Positions 1 to 10,548 of a stretch of DNA of 46,852 nt are shown here, piece after piece. The DNA is taken from assembly GCA_026397335.1 (NCBI GenBank), contig JAPLVB010000006.1:1-46852 (forward strand). Direction: 5' to 3'. A model generated the notes under the pieces. The model was not told the DNA's origin and did not search any database. It saw only the letters and a list, made by a program, of their open reading frames with translations. Both the position numbers and the translations under genes were made by a program. The DNA is from Candidatus Aenigmatarchaeota archaeon. Lineage in GTDB: Archaea > Aenigmatarchaeota > Aenigmatarchaeia > QMZP01. Numbering within the stretch: position 1 is the stretch's first letter; each line of letters begins with the position of its first letter.

Positions 1-481
1 CAACACTCTGCGCTGTGGTTTCCCCCCAGTTCTGTATGGTCATTTGGATTGTTTGGGATCCTGTTGGGTTGGAATATGAGGTGGGTGTCACGGAGGTGAT
101 GATGGATGGCGGAAGCTTTATATCAAAGGCGGAAGAAGTTCCGGAATCAGAGTAAGGAACTGCTGAGACTGCGGATATGGTCTGGGCTGAGAATTTCTGG
201 TCAGCGATTACGGTTGTCCAGGAAACGCTTGTGGTCCCTTCGCTGTACGTTTTTGTGGAGTTCTCAGAGGAGGAGAACACGCTGGAGTTCTGGAGCGTGG
301 TAAGGGTGACGCTTCCTGAGCCCTCCAGGCCTGAAACAGTTACAGTAAATGGTACCCCTTTCATAACGCTTCCTGAATCAGCCCCGAACTGGGAGACAGA
401 AACGGTAAGGGCTGCGGAAGCGCTGGAGATTAGCGTGATTGAACAAAAAACTGCGGCGAACAAAATTATATCTTTCCTCAT
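1..481 (-). CDS. Secreted Ser/Thr-rich surface protein, 3'-truncated by the window edge (not in the ORF track)
   Basis: Manual translation from ATG at 481 gives MRKDIILFAAVFCSITLISSASAALTVSVSQFG..., open to the window edge. It has a Sec-type signal peptide, and the ATG directly follows the TAA of the upstream gene (TAAATG). Confidence 0.8.
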   Translation of the reverse strand, partial: MRKDIILFAAVFCSITLISSASAALTVSVSQFGADSGSVMKGVPFTVTVSGLEGSGSVTLTTLQNSSVFSSSENSTKTYSEGTTSVSWTTVIADQKFSAQTISAVSAVPYSDSGTSSAFDIKLPPSIITSVTPTSYSNPTGSQTIQMTIQNWGETTAQSV

Positions 482-3400
482 TTAAATCACTCTGAACCAC
501 TTGCCCGTGGTCTCCGAATTCCCGTTATAGGTCGTCTGGATGTCAACCATGTACTCCCCGGACCAAGTCTGCAGGGGGATTATGGTAAGTATCGCATAGC
601 CATCGCTGTTCGTGGCGCTCACGTTGGCTGCCAGGTTATAATGCTCTCCCTGGTTGAGCTTTATGAAGCCCATGCCCATGTTTCCTTTTATTGCAGACAC
701 GCTCACATTCGCTCCTGAAATCGGGCTCTGGCTGAAGTTATATGCCCTCACAAGAAGGGTTATGTTTCTTCCGCTGTTTATCTGCCACTCATCCTTTAGC
801 AGAAGCATGTCTGTATTGTTGTATTTCTCAATACTCCACTGGGGCTGCTGCTCCCAGGAGCCATTCGTCTGCTCCCCGAACCATATGTTCCCCTGCCATA
901 TGGAATTCGGAAGGTTTGACCGCTTTTCAACCATCCCTGTCTCACTGCTGTAGAAATCCTCCCTCAGAGACTGGTTGGTTGATTCAGACCACCACTCCTC
1001 TGTTATCTGAAGGTCATCATCCACTATTATCTGGGTAAGATTCTGCATGCCGTCGTCCATGTCATCATAAGCAACAGCATAGAAGATGTCTGTCTTGTCT
1101 CCGTCCATGTTAAGGTCAATGTTCAGTGAGCTCTCGTTGAATATCCCATAATAGCTGGTGGTGCTGCTCTTTACCCTGACATCCACGGCAGGCCGCGGAA
1201 GGTCCGTCATGCTGCTGAAGTCTGCTATGCTTACGCCGTCCCACGGACCCGGGCCCACCTTGGTAAGATAATAGTAATCCGTGAAGTTCTCGCCTGCCTT
1301 CACGCCAACGGCCTGGGAGAAGTTGCTGTTGTTCACGAGCCAGGCCTTTTTCGCGCATTCCTGCATGTTCCAGACCGCGCACATCGGATAATCGTCACTG
1401 GAGTTGGAGAGGATGGCGTTGTACGTTGTCCCGTTTACGTTTATAGACATTATCCTCCATCTCGCCGAGGCCGCCTGGTCGCCTCCCCCCCACGTGCTCA
1501 TGTGCAGCGGCTCTATGTCATCGCTGAACTGGGAATCGTTTATGCCTATCACGACCGTCCTGTTGTCCATATCCGCGTCCAGCAATCTCATGTAATATAT
1601 CCTCGCCTCGTTGTTGATGTTTATGGCATCGCTTACATTGGTCGCTGACATGACGTCGCTGAAGTTGCAGCTTCCCTGTTTTATCCAGACCTTGCTTGCA
1701 TTCGAGGCGGTCATGTAAAAATAATACTGCGGATTTCTGAGCTCGGAGCTCAGATGAAGGCGAGGACTGCCTTGTAGTACTTGCCGGCCTGCGTCCAATT
1801 GGCCGTGTAAAGTTCTTTTATCTCCCCTTCGTAAGTCTCCCCATCATACCTCGTTATGGGAAACTGCCTGAATCCTGATACGTAGGCGGCCTGGCCAGTG
1901 TAGCCGTCCACAAGGAACGTCCTTGGGGATGCCCGTGGCCATTTCCATTCCTCAAGCATCTCGGAATTCTGCCCCACTGTTGCGCGCACCTCGAAAACAT
2001 ATTCACCTGAACCCAGGCTGTACTGGCCTATGTTGACTATCCTCACTTCTCCCGCGCCTGTTATGGTTGCGTTCGGAACGGATCCTGGCAGGCTGAAAAT
2101 CCTGTTCACGCTGCTTCCTTTGACCCTGATATTATTTATGGACGCGTTCGCTGAAGCTGAGCTGCCGTTGGGGCTCCTTACAATAATCGGAACGGACACG
2201 TTACCGTCCATCCTGAAGTCTCCAAGGTCAGCCCAGTCGCCCATTTTGTCCGAATAGAACCTTACCCTGTCTGCCCTGGGGTCTATGCTCAGTAGCGTGA
2301 CCCTGTTTGAATTGTTCAGGCCGAACTTCCTGTTGTTCACGTTAGGATCGCTGACCGACAATGCCGTAGAGAATGCGTTGTTTCCTGTGGCGTTGAAAAA
2401 GAAGAATGTGTCGTAAATCCCGGCTGTCTGGCTGTCTGATATGGCTATGTAGACAGTCCCATTGGTCAGGCTGTCGTTATCCAGGTCAAGCCCTCTCTGG
2501 TTGCCTGTCTGTTTGTCCCATCCTCCGAGCCTGAACTCTTCCAGCCATCCTATCTTTATGACGCCGCTCTTTGACTTTGAGACGTTTGTGTATGCACCGC
2601 TGCCTGCAAGCACGTTAAGCCCTACTATGTTTATCTTGTTCTTGCTTATGGAATTCACTTTCCACTGACCCCCATAGGAGTCGTTGAATGTTCCGCTTAC
2701 ATTGTAAGGGCCTCCCAACTGCGTCATGTTCGAGGCGTTCGTTGAGACCCACAGATAGCTGGTATTATGGTAGAAATAAAGCGAGCGTGTCTGGTTGCCT
2801 GAAAGCCTGCCGTTGTACTGGTTCTCCGACACAAGGCTGTCCAGGCGGCCGTGATAGAAGGTCGTGTGACTCCCTGGAGATGCCATCATATATCCTACCT
2901 GTTCGCATCCTTCCATGCCGCAGTTTATCGACATCTCGCCGCATATCGTATTGTTGCTGAGATTCAGGCGGGGCTGCTGCCCAGCGGATACGACTGTCCA
3001 GTTCTTTCCGCCAAGAACGAAATAACCGCCAACCACATGAGTAACATTATTCACCATCAATACGCTGCTGTTGGCCCACACTGAAGCCTCAACGCCAGAT
3101 CCCGTGCACGATCCCTGGCGCCATTCTCCGCTGGATTGGACGCAGAACGTTCCTGTGCCATCTCCTGTGTCTGGCGGGCCCATCCACATGATGCCTATGC
3201 TGTTATCGCACCTGTCCCTGTCATTGCCTATATCAACGTCTTTGGATGCAGTGTCCTGGTTCCCTACCCAGGCTTCCTATATGCTCGGAATGCCCACGAT
3301 GAGGTTCTGCGTCTGTGTCATTTATCGAGTATTCGCCTGAATACCACCCGGAAGAAAGGGATGAAAGCGGGGTTGAGATTATGCATGCATTTTCTGTGCA

Positions 3401-6400
3401 GTTTGTTACTGATGTGTTGATCCTTATTGGAGTGTCTGTCTTGTCGTTATATATAGCCCTCAGCTTGGAGCCTGCCTGGCTCAGGTTGTGAGGTTGCGGG
3501 GGGTCGCCAAAATCCATTGCTGTGAATGTGACTGTAAGGTTCTCTGAAGAGGAGAAAGGAGATTTCCATTCATCCATTCCCCTGTAAGAAATCTCGATGT
3601 TGTACGTGGAGAGCCCAAAGAAGAAGCTCCCTATGTCAGAGCCCTTGCTGGTGGTCACCCTGGCATCAGCCTGGAATTCCCCGTCCTTGTCCAGGCCTGT
3701 TATGTTAACGACATATGGGTACCAAACCGCCTCCGGGGGCAGCCATTCAGCATACACCCTTGTGCTGTTGGAAACTGAGGTTGCCACAGAATCTGTAGAA
3801 ATTTCGGTAGGCGGCCATCCTGCCATCCATTTTATGCTCTGCAGGGTGGCTGAGGATATGGAAAGCATGTCTCCTGTGGAGGGATCCCTGGCAACCAGGG
3901 CGAACGCGGCTGAGCCTCCTTTTTCAAAAACCGGTCCCATATCCCGGGAGACGAAAAGGGCTGTCCCGTTGTCTGTTATCTTCATGGTTTCCACGTAGAA
4001 GTTCCTTACCTCAAATCCGCCCCAGCCGAAATACGTGTTGTCTGTGTCTGCGAGATCTGTCACTATAAGGTCCATCCCGTACCAACCACTCTGCATCTTC
4101 GGGCTGAGCGGTATTATCGTGATATTGGTGGTCGCGTTCGCAACCATGCCCACGGAAACATTGAAGTCCACCCCTTTGACCATCTCCTTCATGAGCTGGT
4201 CGTTCCTGAGGGAGCCCACGTCCACCACAAGGCCTTCGCAGTCGGTACAGGTGAGGGAGCTTGTTCCCTTGCCCATCTGGCTCATCATGCTTCCCTGGTC
4301 TATGTCCACCACGTTCACCGTGAGCGTCACGCTTTTATTTAGACCCGATATGCACTGGCCTCCTTCCTGGCTGCACTGCGGAGTTGCCCATATCATGTAC
4401 TTCTTGAGTTGGAAGAATGCGTTCCCTATTCCCTCCTCCATTGCTCCATTAACATAAGCCTTGAACTTGAACTTCATGGAAAAGAATCCCTCTGCATCAG
4501 GCGCATTGAAAACAAGGTTGCCGTTCTGGACCGACTCGTTCGCAGAGGCCCTGAAGCTGGCTGTGAAAACGTCCTGGAAATCCGGGAACTCCTTGTACAT
4601 CTCTATTATCTTTGCGCCTGTTATGTTGTTTGCAGGCAGGTCCTCCCTTGTGGAAAGGTCCTTTATCTTGAGCTTTATCTTCATGGTCGTGTTTGGCGCA
4701 AAGAACCAGTAGTCATCCCCTTTGGAGTCCACGGAAGCGCCTTCTGCATAAAACCTCTGTATGCCGAATGTTGATCCTGCCTTCTTTATCTCATTGTTGT
4801 AGTTTATCTGCGCCACTGCCTTATACGTGCCTGTCCTGTTCGGAGCTGCAAAAATTATCACGCACTGCCTCATGACCTCCTGGGGCGGCTGCTCTTCCAT
4901 GGACACTCCGGACATGGCTATTGCCCTTGACAGGTTCATTATAAGCGCTCCTGACACGCTCACTGACATCCCCCTGTCATCCCTCAGCTCCACCAGAGAG
5001 ACAAGCGTCCCGCACTCGTCCGTTCCTGTGGTGCTTCCATTGTCTATGTCTATAAGGCCCATTCCCTCAGGGCCCTTGGACATCATGCCTCCTGCGGATA
5101 TGTTTGAAAGGAAGACCATGAGGGTGACATTATCTGAAGGAGCGAAAGCATTCACCTCTCCGGCCCCGCTCTCTGCCTGGTCTATGAAATGCATGTTCAT
5201 TGCCATGAGCTGCAGGGAAACGGACTCCACTGAGAACCCTGTTATGAATTCCTGGCTGCTGTCCCCGTATCTTCCGACAACCTTGACCTGGTAGTTTCCA
5301 GTGACGCCGCCTATTGAAAAATCATAATAATAGACCCCTGTCTCGCCTTGCGTAAGGCTGTTTGTAGCTGCAGTGCCATTGGGGTAAGTCAGCCTGGCAG
5401 AGCCTGAGGTGAGGTTCACCGCGTTCCCGCTGGCGTCCCTGGAATTCGCATATATCCTTGCAACGGAGTTGGGAGAGAAGGAATATGCTGGGTTGCCGCT
5501 CAGGTCCGTGACCTTTCCTGACAGCTTGAATGACTCCACTGTGAAGTATTCTATTCCTTTGCTGTTGTTGAGGTCTATTGCATACGTGCCTGCAGTGGAA
5601 GGGGCTGTGAAATTGGATATGAAGAATCCCATGCTGTTGGTTGTGTTTGTGATGGTTGCCAGAACTCCTTTGGAGGAGTTCAGGAGCCTTGCCTGCACAT
5701 TCACTCCTGGGACAAAATTCCTGCTGGAATCCTTTGCCATGACTATGAAATTCACAGCAGAACTTGGGGAATATACAGAAGACCCTTTTGGCATCCCTAG
5801 GAATACCCTGTTTCCTGTATTGAACTCTATCTCCCCTATCATGTAGTCCCCGAATTTCTGCCCCTTATGCAGAACCTTTTCCGCGCTTGAGTTCTGCCCG
5901 GTGTCCTCTGTGTCATTATAAAGCTCAAACCTTATGTCATCATCCACGTACAGAGTGTCATAAGTCTGGTTGTAGTTCTGGTCTACAAGGACAAAATGGT
6001 AAAGCCTGTCCAGGGTCAGGTTCCCATAGTGCAGGGTCCCTGATATGGAAAGGTCCCTGAGCTCCGTGAAGTTCCCTCCCATGGAGTTATCTGTTGTTAT
6101 TACTGCGCTCGTATCCACGGGCTTTATGTCCTGCGCATTCATCAGGTGGGCCTCCAGGTAGGTTATCTGGGAAACAACCTCAAAATTCATGAATATGGTT
6201 GACTGCCCGTCCGTTACGCTTGCATTATAGGTTCCGACAGGCACCCCTGAAAGGGATTGGGAGAAAGAGAATATGTTGGAGCCGCTCGTGTTCAGGCTCA
6301 TATTTGTAACGATTATCGGGGTGGAATTTGAGGTTATGAGGGTCATGTTTATCTGGTTCATGTAATTGGTTATGTTTCCTATTACAGACAGGCTCTCGCT

Positions 6401-6517
6401 GGTTGTGTATACCAGCTTGTTTGCATGGGCATAGAAAGAATACGCGCCAGCAGGGGAGGACAGAGCTAATAGTGAAAAAACTAAACAGAGAACCAGAACT
6501 AAACTCTTACCACCCAT
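482..6517 (-). pseudogene. Giant secreted surface/S-layer-like glycoprotein (~2000 aa) interrupted by two frameshifts and one in-frame TAG (ORFs 3233-6517, 1750-3189, 482-1798)
   Basis: Only the first ORF has a signal peptide. All three ORFs share beta-rich, N-x-S/T-rich composition. Frames switch near 3320-3290 and near 1755, with an in-frame TAG at 3277-3279. Confidence 0.7.
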
Positions 6518-6652
6518 TATTTAATATTTGTGTAGAAGTTGTATAAATGCCTTGTTTAAACAACATGCCTGTTTTTCATTTTCTTATATTAATTATTTTG
6601 TAATAATAATTCATAATTCCAAGCATTTTAACCTAGGAAACAAATCTATATC

Positions 6653-7042
6653 ATGGCAAAAAAAGCCCAGATGTTCATAATAACAACGCTTTTCCTTATA
6701 GGCCTGATTTTTTCTGTCCAGCAGCTGACTTTTCAATACACAGCCCTGGACTTATCCGCTCCCTTCAGGGAGAACAACATCTATCTTCTCCAGAACACAA
6801 AGGATATAATTAACAAGACCATCAGGACTACACCGGATTGCACTGATTTCGCGGCAAACCTGAGGGAGCTAAAGGATTTCCTTGACAAAAGAATCCCGAG
6901 AGGTGGCTACAGCCTTTCCCTTGGCTACAGGTTGAACTGCACCAACTGGCAAAGTTCTACAAATCCCCCGCTTAACCTTACAATCCAGATAGTTGGAAAG
7001 AATGCGGACACCTCTGCAAGGGTTTATTTGTATCACAAATAA
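6653..7042 (+). CDS. Class III signal peptide (type IV pilin-like) protein
   Basis: N-terminus MAKKAQ-MFIITTLFLIGLIF: K-A-Q motif followed by a hydrophobic helix. Confidence 0.75.
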   Translation: MAKKAQMFIITTLFLIGLIFSVQQLTFQYTALDLSAPFRENNIYLLQNTKDIINKTIRTTPDCTDFAANLRELKDFLDKRIPRGGYSLSLGYRLNCTNWQSSTNPPLNLTIQIVGKNADTSARVYLYHK

Positions 7043-7110
7043 CTGAATGCGGAAATTTTCCATAATCAAAAACCCACCATTTTATAAGCCTGCTGAAACA
7101 ATAACTAAAT

Positions 7111-7719
7111 ATGCCTAAAAGGGGTGCGATAGAGCTCAGCCTCGGTTTCATAGTGGCTGTTGTTTTTGCAGTTGTGCTGCTTAGTCTGGCTATTTTGTGG
7201 CTCCAGGGAATCATAGGAAACATTGGTGGCCTTACTGATGATCTGACGCAGCAGGCGCAGAGCAAGCTACAGGAGACATTCCAAAGCACTCAGAACAATT
7301 TTGCCATATGGCCTGACAGGTACAATCTTGACAGGACTCGAGAGCTCAAGATGTCTGCTGGCATAAAGAATGATGCTGAAGACGGGCAGAACCACCAGTT
7401 CATCGTAAATGTTATACCTGCAGCAGCAAGCAGGGCGCCATGCGCATCCGGCGATATAAACTCATGCACAGGACCTGGAGGAAAATCCCTTAAAGAGTTT
7501 ATGCAAGACTGGGCGTCTTGGGACAGTGAGCCTGGAGTTGTCCAGATAAACAGGGTTGGTTACAGAACAATAAGCGTGAAGGTTCCTGCAAACGCTGTGT
7601 CAGGAACATACATATTCAATGTGATTGCATGCATGGATATTTTTTCTTACACTGAATGCACCCCGCAAACACTTAACTGGGGCGGCAGCGCGCAGCAGCT
7701 TACAGTAACAGTCAAATGA
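7111..7719 (+). CDS. Class III signal peptide (pilin-like) protein
   Basis: MPKRG-AIELSLGFIVAVVFAVVLL; TTTATAAG TATA-like box at 7081. Confidence 0.75.
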   Translation: MPKRGAIELSLGFIVAVVFAVVLLSLAILWLQGIIGNIGGLTDDLTQQAQSKLQETFQSTQNNFAIWPDRYNLDRTRELKMSAGIKNDAEDGQNHQFIVNVIPAAASRAPCASGDINSCTGPGGKSLKEFMQDWASWDSEPGVVQINRVGYRTISVKVPANAVSGTYIFNVIACMDIFSYTECTPQTLNWGGSAQQLTVTVK

Positions 7720-7764
7720 GCTTTTCTGCAGAATAATATATTCCAGCTAACCAAATAGTATTAC

Positions 7765-8247
7765 ATGGACGTGTCTCTCATATTCGGCATTATTTTCACT
7801 ATTATTGTGATGGCAGCGCTTCTTGTTTTCGGATGGGACCAGATTGCCAATCTTTTCGGTTTCGGAGGGGAGGCCCAGACGCTCAGAACCGTAGACAATC
7901 TCAACAAAAAAATAGATTACATTTACCGCAATGCTGAAGGCTCCAGAGCAGAATTCACCCTGGCTTTTCCCAAAGACTACAAACTGTGCTTTTTCAATTC
8001 TTCTAGCCCCACCGCGAAATTCTATTCAGACAGGTCAAGGACATGGGATCCTGACCAGACAACCAGGTTCAGGATAAACCAGAGCGGATTCAACTCATGG
8101 TATTACAGAGGTAATGATGATGCGCAAGGACACGGCTATAAATTTTCTTATCTTGACATCCCCACTGAAAATAATTTTTGTGCGCTGGGCGGAACAAAAC
8201 TTTCTATAGTTAACAGGGGCTATATGGTTGAGGTAGAGCCTGCCTGA
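7765..8247 (+). CDS. Pilin-like membrane-anchored protein (no basic leader)
   Basis: N-terminal hydrophobic helix MDVSLIFGIIFTIIVMAALLVFG, then a small Cys-paired globular domain. Confidence 0.65.
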   Translation: MDVSLIFGIIFTIIVMAALLVFGWDQIANLFGFGGEAQTLRTVDNLNKKIDYIYRNAEGSRAEFTLAFPKDYKLCFFNSSSPTAKFYSDRSRTWDPDQTTRFRINQSGFNSWYYRGNDDAQGHGYKFSYLDIPTENNFCALGGTKLSIVNRGYMVEVEPA

Positions 8248-8263
8248 ACCTGCATGGTGAAAT

Positions 8264-9382
8264 ATGCTTGCCGTACATAGAATCTTCCAGATGATTTTCG
8301 GGATAATTGTCTCATTCACGATTTTGTATTTCCTGATCACATACTCAGGAGATTATGCAGGCGTGCAAAAGGACAAGCAGCGGGCTGAAATACTTGTGAG
8401 CTTCAGCCATGATGTAAGGAGCGTTTACCTGACAGGCATATCCACAAACTTCACCTACTTTTCACGATATGATTTCTCCTCCTGCTTTGTAAATGCAACG
8501 GAAAAGAGCATACCTGAAATAATCTGCCTGGATTCAAGAGTGTCAAGAATCCCCATAGAGACTCCTGTAATTTTCAAGCCAGGTCAGCAGGTTTACATAG
8601 GACGGGATTCTCTTGATTACGGGTGGTGGATTTGCGGATTTGCGGAGGCCATTCCCAGCACCACATTCGTTTTCGCTCCAGAGAATACGGATGAAGCCTG
8701 GGAAGTGATGACAAATATTGTGCAGCACCTGCCTGACACCTCGGATGACTGGAGTGTTGTAAAAGTTACATTCGCTTTCTGCGACGGGCCCCAAATTCTT
8801 TACGTGTGCGGGGGCCGCCCCTGTGACAAGAGTGATTTCCTTTCCATTCTCAGCTCAGGGCCTTTGGGTGCAAGCTTTTCCCCATGCACAGCAGACCTCA
8901 AAGGAAAGAGACTTGTGACCATATCCGGGTCATGCGGCTCAGAGAAAGGCGTCTGCATTAATCCTCCCAATTCCAAGGGTGTCGGGAACGCGTTTGTTGA
9001 GGGCTCCGGGAAAACCTATGTCTATAAAGACCCGCTTGACCTTGTTGCGCTTTCCGTGGGCGGGAGCGAAAAGGATGATTTCGGCAGGACGGAAGCTGAG
9101 AAGATTTATGGGTACAAGAATTCTGTGCTCATGCCAAGGATCTCGCTTGCAGCAGAGGTTATGTCCAAGAGGTCTGTTCTGATTGCAGGAGACATCCCTG
9201 AAGAAACGGGGTGCGGTGCTGTTTACATAGAGCTTTCCCAGGTTCTTGACAGGATTTCACCATCCATGGATTACACAAGCGTTTCGGATATGTACAACCT
9301 GAACGATAATCTGAACAAAGCGAAAGAGATTTACCAGAGGCTTGTTGATTTGGGATGTGAGAGGAGCGAATATGGCGTATAA
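8264..9382 (+). CDS. Membrane-anchored Cys-rich hypothetical protein (pilin cluster)
   Basis: 372-aa ORF with an N-terminal TM helix and multiple Cys, operonic spacing. Confidence 0.7.
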   Translation: MLAVHRIFQMIFGIIVSFTILYFLITYSGDYAGVQKDKQRAEILVSFSHDVRSVYLTGISTNFTYFSRYDFSSCFVNATEKSIPEIICLDSRVSRIPIETPVIFKPGQQVYIGRDSLDYGWWICGFAEAIPSTTFVFAPENTDEAWEVMTNIVQHLPDTSDDWSVVKVTFAFCDGPQILYVCGGRPCDKSDFLSILSSGPLGASFSPCTADLKGKRLVTISGSCGSEKGVCINPPNSKGVGNAFVEGSGKTYVYKDPLDLVALSVGGSEKDDFGRTEAEKIYGYKNSVLMPRISLAAEVMSKRSVLIAGDIPEETGCGAVYIELSQVLDRISPSMDYTSVSDMYNLNDNLNKAKEIYQRLVDLGCERSEYGV

Positions 9383-9857
9383 AGGCCAGTCAGAAATAAT
9401 GGAATACATCCTTATGGTGGTTTTCATAGTTGCAGCAATAATAGGAATAATAATCTTCCTTACATGGTGGAATCTCCAGCAGTTCCAGATGGACGCATTC
9501 AAGAACAGGCAGGACAGGATTATCGGGATAGGGCAGTATATGATGGGTGATTACATGTTCACAAACGGGGATTCCGTGTTTGATGATGCCAAGCTAACTG
9601 CAATAAATGCAAGCATGAATTGTGATGATTTGCAGAAGATTCTCGGGACAAACTGGTATGTGAAAATAAAGGCCCTGGATATGGAAGGAGAGAAACCGTG
9701 CAGGTGGAATGATTACCCAAATTGCAATGTCTGGAGCATATGCGGTTACAAGGAGAATGCAAAGGACCGGTTTGGCCAGAATTTCCCTGTGAATGTTTAC
9801 AGGAAGGTTTCGGACAAGACGGCTTTGGGAGTCCTGTATGTGGAGGTTTACTCATGA
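9372..9857 (+). CDS. Class III signal peptide (pilin-like) protein
   Basis: GAGGAG RBS at 9361 and ATG at 9372: MAYKGQ-SEIMEYILMVVFIVAAII. Confidence 0.75.
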   Translation: MAYKGQSEIMEYILMVVFIVAAIIGIIIFLTWWNLQQFQMDAFKNRQDRIIGIGQYMMGDYMFTNGDSVFDDAKLTAINASMNCDDLQKILGTNWYVKIKALDMEGEKPCRWNDYPNCNVWSICGYKENAKDRFGQNFPVNVYRKVSDKTALGVLYVEVYS

Positions 9858-10492
9858 AATCACAGTGCATAAATGATTGTTGTGATAGAAGGTCTTATTC
9901 CGCAGGAAGTCGCAAAGCGACTTCATTCTCCAATCCACCTTCCATTAAACAATTGGAAAATAGGCCTAATCTGAAGGCGCAAAGCAGCATGCTCCTGATA
10001 ATAATTGTAATCATGATATTTGTAGGCATGGTTGTTTTCCTTCTGGGGATTGCAAGCACGGTAGGCGGAAATGAATTCACAGGCCTTTACGTGAACAACC
10101 TTTTGCTTTCTGTTATGAGGACGGATACAGGATATACGGATTCCAAGTGCAAGCTTGTTTCCGACCTTGTCTTTTGCGCATATTTCACGCCTGAATGGCA
10201 GTGCGCACAGGGTGTGCCCAACTGCCTCGAGCTGGCCAATAATACAATAACAAGGTACATGACAATCTTTGGAAACCAGACAAAGAGCATGAAATACCTT
10301 TTCACAGTAACTCCGGCATTTGTTGCGCGGGATGTTTCAGGCGAGCCAATAAGCCTTGACATGGGTGACAAAGCCCTCAAAAAATCCAAGGCAGAGAGCC
10401 TGAAAATTTATTCCCACCCTCTTGTTATAAGCAAGACTGTTGGTTCTAACCAGTACACCCTGAAAATCCAGCTCATAGTTTCAAAAAAGTAA
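9854..10492 (+). CDS. Class III signal peptide (pilin-like) protein with an unusually long, palindrome-encoded leader
   Basis: GGAGGT RBS and ATGA overlap with the upstream stop. About 40 aa of hydrophilic leader precede LKAQ-SSMLLIIIVIMIF. Confidence 0.7.
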   Translation: MKSQCINDCCDRRSYSAGSRKATSFSNPPSIKQLENRPNLKAQSSMLLIIIVIMIFVGMVVFLLGIASTVGGNEFTGLYVNNLLLSVMRTDTGYTDSKCKLVSDLVFCAYFTPEWQCAQGVPNCLELANNTITRYMTIFGNQTKSMKYLFTVTPAFVARDVSGEPISLDMGDKALKKSKAESLKIYSHPLVISKTVGSNQYTLKIQLIVSKK

Positions 10493-10548
10493 ACTGATAT
10501 TGCAGGAATTCCTCATATTATATATACCAACACTGACAAATATTTAGT

